NCBI GenBank assembly: GCA_020348985.1
Contig: CP070761.1
Span: 2,300,310-2,364,309 of the forward strand
Source: Candidatus Thorarchaeota archaeon
GTDB taxonomy: Archaea; Asgardarchaeota; Thorarchaeia; Thorarchaeales; Thorarchaeaceae
Length of the DNA stretch: 64,000 nucleotides
Direction of reading: 5' to 3'
Below the pieces are notes generated by a model, which was given only the letters and a program-made list of their open reading frames with translations, made no database searches and was not told where the DNA came from. This document shows positions 56,110 to 64,000 of this stretch, piece by piece. The number at the start of each line of letters is the position of its first letter. The first letter of the stretch is position 1. The translations under genes and the position numbers were made by a program.

Positions 56110-57170
56110 TGGCTAGGAATATTGTAGTAACCGGGGAGGCGGGCACAGGAAAGACCATGGTGGCCCTAGCGATTGCCATGGGACTTCGTGCCAAAGGAAA
56201 GAAAGTGGGTTACTTCAAGCCTGCTGGAGAGAAAAGCTTCAAACGTAGCAAGGACGGAATGTCGATTGACGAGGACGCTGCAATAATGAAAGATGTCCTC
56301 GGCTTGGAGGCAGATGCTGGGTCTATCTGCCCGATACCTCAGTCTCATACATCGTTTGATGAGCTCGCAAAGATTGGCACCGCTGACCTGAAGGCCAAGA
56401 TCCAGGAGTCTTATGATGAAGTATCCAGGGGCATGGATGTTGTTATCATCGAAGGTACAAGAGATCCCTGGCAGCTTCTACACGTGAATCTCTCAACCCC
56501 TCAGATAGCTCAGATGATGGAGGCCCGTGTTCTCTGCCTTGTCAATTTCACCGAGCTATCTGCGACCGACAATATCCTCCATCTGAAGAGTTTCTTCAAT
56601 CAGCACGGCATCGCCTCTATGGGCGTTGTGCTGACTATGGTACCCCCGATGCTCAAGAACACGATTCAGAATGAGATACCGAAGTTCATGGAGGAACATG
56701 AAATTGGCTTCTGCGGAGCGATATATCATCGAAGAGAGCTATTCAATCCCACAATACGAGATATCCTGCGTGCTCTGGATGGAGAAATGATAGTGGGGGA
56801 CGACAAGCTGGATCATCTTATCGATCAATTCCTAATTGGAAGCATGCTGCCGGAAAATGCGCTGAAGTGGTTCCGCAGAGCTAGGGACAGTGCTGTCATC
56901 ACAGGCGGCGACCGTGCTGATCTTTGTCTTGCTGCAATGGAAACAGATGTAGCTTTGTTGATTCTGACTGGGGGTCTAGGTCCTGACATCCGAACAATCT
57001 CTAGGGCAAAGGAGACTGGTGTTCCCATTCTGATGACGGCTCACGACACGTATGCAACGGGGCGAATTGTTGACGGACTCATAGGGACAGTTTCTGCAGA
57101 GAATAAGAGGAAGATAAAGACCATAGAGAAGATTGTTGGTGAAGCACTGGACTTTGCATGCCTCAGTTAG
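56109..57170 (+). CDS. BioD-like/DRTGG phosphotransacetylase-N family protein
   Basis: GEAGTGKT, GYFKP, ITGGDR, LILTGG. Confidence 0.88.
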   Translation: MARNIVVTGEAGTGKTMVALAIAMGLRAKGKKVGYFKPAGEKSFKRSKDGMSIDEDAAIMKDVLGLEADAGSICPIPQSHTSFDELAKIGTADLKAKIQESYDEVSRGMDVVIIEGTRDPWQLLHVNLSTPQIAQMMEARVLCLVNFTELSATDNILHLKSFFNQHGIASMGVVLTMVPPMLKNTIQNEIPKFMEEHEIGFCGAIYHRRELFNPTIRDILRALDGEMIVGDDKLDHLIDQFLIGSMLPENALKWFRRARDSAVITGGDRADLCLAAMETDVALLILTGGLGPDIRTISRAKETGVPILMTAHDTYATGRIVDGLIGTVSAENKRKIKTIEKIVGEALDFACLS

Positions 57171-57195
57171 AATCCACAACCGTCCGAAGAGGGTG

Positions 57196-57463
57196 GTGAG
57201 AAGGAGCGGAATCGCTCCAACTCAGAAACAACGAGAGCGTTGGACTCGCCGGGAGGAGTCCAATACGCAAGATGTTGGCTTGAAGACAAGGATAAGTCAC
57301 TGTGTGTAGTTCAGCAAATACCGGCTCTTTGCTCTAGTAATACCCTGAACAAGTGACAAGTATAGCTAATCTCAAGAGAAGTGGATAGCCAACGCTAGGT
57401 GACACGGACAGCTATTCTCAGCGGATGAGAAGTCTCGTTTTTCTGGTTGCTTCTGCTTCTCGC
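57196..57463 (+). ncRNA. Unidentified multi-stem structured RNA candidate (~270 nt)
   Basis: Seven or more mutually compatible nested stems in an ORF-free intergenic region; G-U wobbles favour the + strand. Confidence 0.55.
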
Positions 57464-57529
57464 AAAGGATTTATGACAGCGTCTTCCGTTGCCAATGCGC
57501 GACTTTACTAAGTAAACGAGGTATGTTAA

Positions 57530-58297
57530 TTGGCAGGAAGTGCTGCAGAAACAACACCGGATTCGGCTGAAAGGGCTGAGGCTGGTTCGGAGACAGCTGG
57601 TGAGCTGAAATCTCTTGAACTAGTCAGGTCTCGGAGGTCAATCCGAGAATTCACAGGCGAACGCATTCCCGATGAGCACATCGAGCTCATCTTGGAGGCT
57701 GCTCGGCATGCTCCAAGTCCGGAGAACATGCTGATGATTCGTTTCATTGTGATTCGCGACGATCAAGAAACCAAGGAATTCCTCGCAGACATTGCTCAGG
57801 AAATGGCTGAAACCGCGTTTGGTGGTGCGCCGTTTGAGCTCACTTCTGGACGAAACTGGTTCATATCGGACCCGTATCGTGCGGCAGTCTACGCGAGGTT
57901 AAGGGATGGAAAGCTATTCAGATATCCCGAGAAGAGCGATGCTGTAATCCTAGTTTGTGCAAGTGAAACATGGCATGATGCCGGCTATCTGTATCCCAAT
58001 GATCTCTTCGGTTCTGTTGTGTCAGGAATGGCAATTCAGAACATGTGGCTTGTAGCCACAGAGCTGGGATACGGATGTGGGTACGAGGCATTGGTCTGTT
58101 CAGACCCCCGACATGCAATGCTAATCAGAGACCGAGTTGGAATCCCGCCAACTTGGACACCTTTGACAGCATTCTGTATTGGAGTCAGAGTGTCGCCAAG
58201 AGCATTAGGACCTAGCAGACCTCCAATCGAGGGTCTCATGTACGAGGAGCGTTGGGGTCTTCCGTACAAGCGTATGGCATTCAGGAAGAAGGGGTGA
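57530..58297 (+). CDS. Nitroreductase-family protein
   Basis: RRSIREF, LEAARHAPS.EN, AIQNMWLVATELGYG. Confidence 0.88.
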   Translation: MAGSAAETTPDSAERAEAGSETAGELKSLELVRSRRSIREFTGERIPDEHIELILEAARHAPSPENMLMIRFIVIRDDQETKEFLADIAQEMAETAFGGAPFELTSGRNWFISDPYRAAVYARLRDGKLFRYPEKSDAVILVCASETWHDAGYLYPNDLFGSVVSGMAIQNMWLVATELGYGCGYEALVCSDPRHAMLIRDRVGIPPTWTPLTAFCIGVRVSPRALGPSRPPIEGLMYEERWGLPYKRMAFRKKG

Positions 58298-58302
58298 ATC
58301 AA

Positions 58303-58560
58303 ATGGACGTAAGTTTCGACGAAAAGACCATGGAGAAGCTCACCGAGCTAGCAACTGAAGCAAACCTGAGCGTGCCCGGTCTCATCGAAGTAGTGATGCA
58401 TCAGTTTGCCAACAATGTCGGTGCACGATGCTACACTGGCAGATGGTCAAAGGGCGAAGTCGATGACGTCAAGGGATTTCGCTATTGTGTGCAATGGCCT
58501 TTCAAACCTGGATTCCTTGAGGCAGAAGGGGACAAGGTCAAGAAGTGGAGGTTGGAATAG
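58303..58560 (+). CDS. Small protein, RHH-like N-terminus + QWPF motif
   Basis: ATG after GGGGTGA; MDVSFDEKTMEKL...SVPGLIE; QWPFKP. Confidence 0.7.
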   Translation: MDVSFDEKTMEKLTELATEANLSVPGLIEVVMHQFANNVGARCYTGRWSKGEVDDVKGFRYCVQWPFKPGFLEAEGDKVKKWRLE

Positions 58561-58833
58561 ATGGCTAAATTTAGAAAACACCCAACAGGTCAATGGCCCT
58601 TCTATCCAAGATTGAAAGAAGGCGACATTGAACATGAGTACTGGTCCAGCAAGAAGATGTATCACAAGGCGTTTCTCACGGACCGGATGGGCCGTATCGT
58701 TGTCACAATGGACGGTGATTCCTATGATGAGTTCTTGGATGCTGTAAGAAAGAAGAAAGGAAACATCTGGGCATCATCAATCGATGAGGCAATGCGAGAG
58801 GCAATGGCGGCTTGGGTTGCAAAGGAGGACTGA
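58561..58833 (+). CDS. Small protein, QWPF motif + RHH-like C-terminus
   Basis: Abuts the previous stop; QWPFYP; RIVVTMD..YDEF...SIDEAMREAM..W. Confidence 0.7.
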   Translation: MAKFRKHPTGQWPFYPRLKEGDIEHEYWSSKKMYHKAFLTDRMGRIVVTMDGDSYDEFLDAVRKKKGNIWASSIDEAMREAMAAWVAKED

Positions 58834-58835
58834 AG

Positions 58836-59198
58836 ATGAGTCAGTTACAGGAATTCTTCCAATTCTTGGTTTCAAAGGTCAAAGAGAAAGAAGACCTTCA
58901 GAAACTTGTTGTTGAGTGGGTCGGTCCATTCGATGGTAAGATCCTTCAGGTAACTACTGAAGATGGGCCGCAGTACATGATAGTCCAAAAGGAGCCTCCT
59001 TGGATGACAGTCCATCAGGGCACATATCCAAGTCCTGATGTCATATATCGATCAACGTCAGAAGTTCTTCTGGGAATCTTCACCGGCGAAGTACCGTTCA
59101 AGGACACTATGGCTGATGGGCGCCTGGACGTCATTGGGAACGCAAATGAGAGCGACCCTCTGGCCAATCTCATCTTGGCTGCCATGATGGGAATGTAG
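58836..59198 (+). CDS. SCP2 sterol/lipid-binding domain protein
   Basis: PDV.Y....VLLGIFTGE.......GRLDVIGN pattern; acyl-CoA gene context. Confidence 0.75.
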   Translation: MSQLQEFFQFLVSKVKEKEDLQKLVVEWVGPFDGKILQVTTEDGPQYMIVQKEPPWMTVHQGTYPSPDVIYRSTSEVLLGIFTGEVPFKDTMADGRLDVIGNANESDPLANLILAAMMGM

Positions 59199-59210
59199 GA
59201 GGTACACATC

Positions 59211-60335
59211 ATGGATGTGAAGAAGATTGCAGTGATTGGTTCGGGCTTGATGGGCGCTGGGATTGCTTATGTGTCTGCATGGAATGGCTTTGAGGTTCAT
59301 ATGACAGATATCAGCCAAGAATTAGTTGAGGCTGGTATGGAGAGAATCCGCAACGATGTCATGACTGGCATCGACAAGGGTAAGATGTCAATGACCGAGG
59401 CGGAAGGTCTCATGAGTCGCCTCAAGTATGGAACAAGCGCGGAGGAGGCCGCCAAGGACGCTGATCTGGTTATAGAAGCGATTTTCGAGAACATGGAGGT
59501 CAAAAAGGAAGTCTTCGCCAAGATTGACGCTGCCGCTCCTGAGCATACCATCTTGGCCACAAACACATCGTCTCTTTCGATCGATGAGCTCGCTAGTGCC
59601 ACCAATAGACCAGAACGGTTTGTTGGTATGCATTACTTTTCGCCCGTTGCAGCAATGAAGCTTCTAGAAATCGTGTTGGGCGAGAAGACAAGTGAGGGGA
59701 CTCTGGCAGTTGCCAAAGCTGTTGGTGAGAAACAGAAGAAGACATGTGTGACAGCCAAGAACAGTCCAGGATTCATCGTAAACAGAATCCTCATGCCTAC
59801 GATGCGAGAGGCCATCATGCTATATGAACGAGGTGTGGCCACCAAGGAAGAGATTGACACGGCAATGACATCGATAGCTGGAATGCCTGCCGGGCCCTTC
59901 ACTCTTGGTGACTTCGTTGGCCTAGACATTGCATTTAATGCAATGAGTACGCTCTACAGAGAGATTGGCGACTGTTTCACTCCTCCCGACACGCTCAAGA
60001 ACCTAGTAGAATCTGGTGCAATTGGCACGAAGGCTAAGAAGGGATTCTACCTTTACGGGGGCGAAGAGGAAGAACCTGAGCCTCCAAAGGGTGCAGATCT
60101 TGAGGAAGTCGCTCAAACGATTTCAATCATGGGAATCCGCGAAGCCATGTTGCTAGTAGATGAAGGGATTGCAGACAGAGAGGACATCGATTTGGCGATG
60201 AAGTTGGGTGCTGCCTTCCCACAGGGTCCGTTTGAGCAAGCAGAAAAGATTGGAATGGACAAGTGTCGCGAAATCATCACCAAGCTCTATGAAGAGCACG
60301 GTGAGTGCTATAGCGTTCCAAAGATGCTTCAATAG
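59211..60335 (+). CDS. 3-hydroxyacyl-CoA dehydrogenase with duplicated C-terminal domain
   Basis: GSGLMGAGIA, EAIFE, TNTSS, GMHYFSP, PGFIVNR; two ID.AM...P.GPF domains. Confidence 0.93.
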   Translation: MDVKKIAVIGSGLMGAGIAYVSAWNGFEVHMTDISQELVEAGMERIRNDVMTGIDKGKMSMTEAEGLMSRLKYGTSAEEAAKDADLVIEAIFENMEVKKEVFAKIDAAAPEHTILATNTSSLSIDELASATNRPERFVGMHYFSPVAAMKLLEIVLGEKTSEGTLAVAKAVGEKQKKTCVTAKNSPGFIVNRILMPTMREAIMLYERGVATKEEIDTAMTSIAGMPAGPFTLGDFVGLDIAFNAMSTLYREIGDCFTPPDTLKNLVESGAIGTKAKKGFYLYGGEEEEPEPPKGADLEEVAQTISIMGIREAMLLVDEGIADREDIDLAMKLGAAFPQGPFEQAEKIGMDKCREIITKLYEEHGECYSVPKMLQ

Positions 60336-60478
60336 CAGGTGAATGTGGGCAACCATCATTGGTTGTCCAATTCATCTCTTTTTCTTGCGTTCGACGTGTC
60401 AGTTTCAAACTGTAAACTTGAGGAACGCAGTTTATAAGCAGGCGTCATTCCACCTTCACAGCATTTCAATAAGAAGGG

Positions 60479-61297
60479 ATGACAATGCCAGAATACGAAA
60501 CAATGTTGTACAGCAAGGAGGGTTCGTTTCTCTCGCCTGTTAAGAACGTGGCAGTTATCAAGCTCAATCGCCCAGACGCATTGAACGCGATTAATGATCA
60601 ATTCATCACAGATTTGGATGCTGCGTTGACAGAGGCCGAAAACGATCCTGACGTTCGTTCTATTGTGATAGGAACTGCCCACCCGAAGGTCTACAGTACG
60701 GGCGCAGACCTGAAGGCGGCTCAAGCCCTGCTGAACAGTCCTGAAGAAGTGAAGGAGCTCACAATTCAAGGACAAGCTGTCATTGATAGGATTGCTAAGC
60801 TAAGCAAGCCAACCATTGCTGCCGTACATGGTCTTGCTTTAGGCGGCGGATTCGAGATCGCGCTTGCCTGTGACATTCGCATAGCTGATGAGGAGGCGAA
60901 GTTTGGCTCAGTCGAGGTTGCCGTTGGCCTACTTCCTGGCTGGGGTGGTTGCGTCAGACTGCCAAGAATCGTGGGCCTTGGAAAGGCAATGGAAATGATT
61001 CTCACAGGCTCCCAGATCACGGCTGCGGAGGCCCTTGAGATGGGATTGATTAGCAAAGTGACATCTGTTGATGAGCTTATGAGTCAGGCAATGTGGTATG
61101 GCGCAAAGCTCGGAGGCAATGCACCTGTTGCGATGAGATTGGCCAAGCAGGCAACTCACATGGCGTTTGAGGAAGAATACAAAGACAACCTGAAGTTCGA
61201 AGCTGAAGCAATATACGAGTGCTTCAAAACGAAGGATCTTGGCGAGGGAATTGCATCAGTCTTCGAGAAGCGTCGTGCCAAGTTTACTGGAGAATAG
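60479..61297 (+). CDS. Enoyl-CoA hydratase/isomerase
   Basis: LNRPDALNA, GADL, ALGGGFE..LACD, E..VGLLPGWGG. Confidence 0.93.
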   Translation: MTMPEYETMLYSKEGSFLSPVKNVAVIKLNRPDALNAINDQFITDLDAALTEAENDPDVRSIVIGTAHPKVYSTGADLKAAQALLNSPEEVKELTIQGQAVIDRIAKLSKPTIAAVHGLALGGGFEIALACDIRIADEEAKFGSVEVAVGLLPGWGGCVRLPRIVGLGKAMEMILTGSQITAAEALEMGLISKVTSVDELMSQAMWYGAKLGGNAPVAMRLAKQATHMAFEEEYKDNLKFEAEAIYECFKTKDLGEGIASVFEKRRAKFTGE

Positions 61298-61308
61298 AAC
61301 ATCGATAT

Positions 61309-61327
61309 GGAGGCCTCTATGGCCTCC
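61309..61327 (+). terminator. GC-rich hairpin after the hydratase, followed by a pyrimidine tract
   Basis: GGAGGCC-TCTAT-GGCCTCC. Confidence 0.4.
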
Positions 61328-61520
61328 CTCACCATTTCTTCTGTCTTCACATGTTGTATCATCAAGGTTCAATAGCCTCATTTTGCCACAATCAACAACC
61401 AAATACTGGTTCTGGAGAGACTCAATGTATTCCGTCAACCTTAAGACCACGTTGGAAAAGGTTGAGTATTGCGAGTAATGGTACCATTGGGAGAAAGACA
61501 CTCCCGTGGAGGATAATCAA

Positions 61521-62687
61521 ATGGGTAGAAATGTTGCTGTAGTGGCTGGTGGCCACAGCAAGTTTGGGAAGCGATACGACGCAACCATGAGAGAGCTTTG
61601 TGCCGAGGCGTACAAGCCAATCTACGATGAAGGTATAACACAAGACAGAATCGACGCAAGTGTTCTCTCGTATGCAGCATCGCAGTTCAGTGGTCAGGGA
61701 GCAGGCTCTGCACTCATTGCTGACTATCTGGGAATCCAGGATAAGCCTCACATGAGGGTGGAATCAGCATGTACAACGGGTACTGCATCTCTGAGAGCCG
61801 CCTGGGGAATGGTGGCTGCTGGTCTCTATGACGTCATGCTAGTTCTAGGTGTTGAACAGATGAATAGAGTATCTTCAGCCACAGCAACCGAGTACATGTC
61901 ACAGGCTGGAGACATGCGTTGGGAGTATCCATTTGGCATCTCCTTCCCCGCGTTCTATGCCCTTATGGCATCACGATACATGGCAGACTACGGTATTCCT
62001 CATGAAGTTTTGTCTAGGATTTCTGTGAAGTCACACCATTATGGTGCACAGAATCCAAAGGCCCATCTGCCTAAGGAAGTCTCTCTGGAAGAAGCAGACA
62101 ATGCAGTACCTATCTGTAGGCCCTTGAATCTGTATGATTGCAGTCTTATCACGGACGGTGCAGCCGCAGTTGTCATAGCCGCGGAAGAGAGAGTTAAGGA
62201 GTTCACTGATCGCCCGATGTGGATCAGAGGTATCGGGGCCGGAGCATCAGAGATGATGATTCAAGATCGCAAGAGCTTGACAAGCATACCTGGTGCGAAG
62301 AGAGCTGGAAAGGCAGCCTACGAGATGGCAGGTATCGGACCAGATGACATTGACATGGCTCAGGTTCATGATTGTTTCAGCATCGCAGAACTGATTGCAT
62401 ACGAGGATCTTGGTTTTGCCGAGCCTGGCAAAGGTCGTGAAATCGTTGAGAACAAGGAGAACTACCACGAGGGCAGGATTCCTGTCAATTGTGACGGTGG
62501 TCTGAAGAGCAAAGGCCATCCACTTGGTGCCACCGGAATCTCAATGACGTACGAGATTCTCAAGCAGATGAGAGGTGAAGCAGAGCAGCCGTCCAGGCAG
62601 ATTAAAGATGTTAAGTACGGACTTGCTCACAACGTCGGCCAGAGTGGTCAGTTTGTTAATGTCTTCATCTTTGAGAGGGGATTCTAA
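61521..62687 (+). CDS. Thiolase (archaeal/SCP2-type acetyl-CoA acyltransferase)
   Basis: VESACTTG, HDCF, KGHPLGATG, AHNVG. Confidence 0.93.
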   Translation: MGRNVAVVAGGHSKFGKRYDATMRELCAEAYKPIYDEGITQDRIDASVLSYAASQFSGQGAGSALIADYLGIQDKPHMRVESACTTGTASLRAAWGMVAAGLYDVMLVLGVEQMNRVSSATATEYMSQAGDMRWEYPFGISFPAFYALMASRYMADYGIPHEVLSRISVKSHHYGAQNPKAHLPKEVSLEEADNAVPICRPLNLYDCSLITDGAAAVVIAAEERVKEFTDRPMWIRGIGAGASEMMIQDRKSLTSIPGAKRAGKAAYEMAGIGPDDIDMAQVHDCFSIAELIAYEDLGFAEPGKGREIVENKENYHEGRIPVNCDGGLKSKGHPLGATGISMTYEILKQMRGEAEQPSRQIKDVKYGLAHNVGQSGQFVNVFIFERGF

Positions 62688-63103
62688 TGGCAGAGGAAAA
62701 GGAGCTCTACCTTGGGTACGCTACTGACAAAGCGGTCACGCCCTTCATGGCTGATTGGCTCAGGAATCTGGAGCAGGAAAAACTCATGAAGAGCAAGTGC
62801 ACTTCATGTGGTACAGAGTATCTCCCTCCAAGGCAGCACTGTCAGAAGTGTCTCAGCATATGTGAGTTAACTGAATTCACTGAGAGAGAGGCAAAACTGT
62901 ACTCGTATGTCATAGTTGACTTTGGACCTGAAAGCCTCTCAGACAAAGCACCATATGTGGTTGCAATTGGTGAATTTCCATCGGGTCTCCGGTTGACGGC
63001 TCACATTACAAACCTGATGTCCCCTCCTGAGGTCGGAATGCCTCTAAAGCTTGCTTTCGAGAAAATTGATGATAAGAAGATCAGCTACAAGTGGCTAGTC
63101 TGA
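62687..63103 (+). CDS. DUF35 Zn-ribbon/OB-fold thiolase partner
   Basis: CTSCG..YLPPR.HC..C; overlaps the thiolase stop. Confidence 0.9.
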   Translation: MAEEKELYLGYATDKAVTPFMADWLRNLEQEKLMKSKCTSCGTEYLPPRQHCQKCLSICELTEFTEREAKLYSYVIVDFGPESLSDKAPYVVAIGEFPSGLRLTAHITNLMSPPEVGMPLKLAFEKIDDKKISYKWLV

Positions 63104-63109
63104 ATAACG

Positions 63110-63129
63110 AGAGGGCCAAGGCGCCCTCT
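63110..63129. terminator. Hairpin between convergent genes
   Basis: AGAGGGC...GCCCTCT. Confidence 0.35.
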
Positions 63130-63141
63130 TACGATTTCTTT

Positions 63142-63489
63142 CTAAGAACTGAATCTGCCGGCAGATGACTCCAGAACTTTTGCCCACTTGGTTAGAAACG
63201 CTACTTCTCTAAGAGTTTCAACATAGATTGCTGAGGCAGTCACAGGATCACTCTTGTCGATCTTCTTCATTGCATGGTCTATTAGTTCCATGATGTCCTG
63301 AAGCCGTCTTCTGCCCTCATTCCTACGATAGTCACTAAAAACGACATAGTCTTCTAGTTCTGTGTTCCATGCACTCATGAATTGCTCTTGCTCTAAGACT
63401 GCCGTACCCAATTCGTAAGTGCTTACCAGAGACTCCCTCATCGCGGTTAGCGAATCCTTCCACGCCTGTCTATTATTTGGTATGCTCAT
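63142..63489 (-). CDS. Hypothetical helical protein
   Basis: ATG 63489 after AGGTGTG; 115 aa. Confidence 0.65.
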   Translation of the reverse strand: MSIPNNRQAWKDSLTAMRESLVSTYELGTAVLEQEQFMSAWNTELEDYVVFSDYRRNEGRRRLQDIMELIDHAMKKIDKSDPVTASAIYVETLREVAFLTKWAKVLESSAGRFSS

Positions 63490-63634
63490 AGCTGCACACC
63501 TGGGTTGCAAAGGGGTTTGCGGCGTCTCAGAGCCCTCCAAACGGGTACATAAGTATTGACGAAAAACTGTCGCGTACTCCCAATGCTTATTACTGACCAC
63601 TTACGGCTTCGCTTAGTCTACGAGGAGCGATGTT

Positions 63635-64000
63635 ATGATGTCCGAAGAAGTAGTTCTCCTTGACATGTCTAATGGAATAGCCACAATCACAATCAATCGA
63701 CCAGACAAGTACAACGCTTTGAACTCGGAAGTTGTGACCAAGATTCGGGAGTTCATGCAGAAAGCTGAGGAAGACGAAGCAATAAGAGTCGTTGTCCTAA
63801 CCGGCGTAGGCGAAAAGGCCTTTGCATCCGGGGCCGACATAAACGAATTCAAGGGCAGAGACTCCAAGAGTGTAAGGCCAAGGGTTGAGCGCGGTCAAGA
63901 GCTTTGCACGTACATGGAGTCGATGTCAAAGCCTACTATCGCAGCAATTAACGGATATGCTCTTGGCGGAGGGTGCGAGTTTGCCATGGCGTGTGACATT
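63635..64000 (+). CDS. Enoyl-CoA hydratase/isomerase (3' truncated by window end)
   Basis: ITINRPDKYNALN, AFASGADI, INGYALGGGCEFAMACDI; not in the ORF track because there is no stop. Confidence 0.92.
   Translation, partial: MMSEEVVLLDMSNGIATITINRPDKYNALNSEVVTKIREFMQKAEEDEAIRVVVLTGVGEKAFASGADINEFKGRDSKSVRPRVERGQELCTYMESMSKPTIAAINGYALGGGCEFAMACDI

Noticed and set aside
57196-57463. RNase P or SRP RNA
   Set aside because: Only partial resemblance (GAGGAGTCC); the conserved P4 pairing and SRP helix-8 motifs were not found on either strand.

Overview
Archaeal chromosomal window with about 70 densely packed CDS. It is most consistent with an Asgard archaeon (Thorarchaeia-like); this is inferred from gene content (proteasome alpha, archaeal DtdA, TrmB, thiolase/DUF35, LipS1/LipS2, GGTGA-type SD sites, several eukaryote-like domain proteins) and not from a marker phylogeny. 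No rRNA, tRNA, CRISPR array or transposase was recognised. Housekeeping blocks are tusA-dsrE-iscS-iscU, a lipS2-lipS1-lpl-lipT-like lipoate assembly cluster headed by an HDAC-family gene, and an acyl-CoA/beta-oxidation cluster. Main observations: (1) a hidden candidate selenoprotein, 34687-35490 (-), with an in-frame TGA in a CxxU motif and a eukaryote-type SECIS-like hairpin whose AUGA core overlaps the stop codon; (2) an apparent operon of a beta-propeller/Zn-ribbon/winged-helix protein, a dCache-HAMP-TPR-vWA receptor, an output-less dCache-HAMP partner and arginine decarboxylase, possibly a polyamine/agmatine signalling system; (3) an unannotated, strongly structured ~270-nt intergenic RNA candidate; (4) a Rab-like pseudo-GTPase next to an acidic poly-proline protein; (5) a CdrS-like RHH gene missed by the ORF track, with a palindromic operator and two Cys-rich paralogues downstream; (6) a TrmB protein stretched by ~1100 aa of helix. 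All assignments are by motif reading only.
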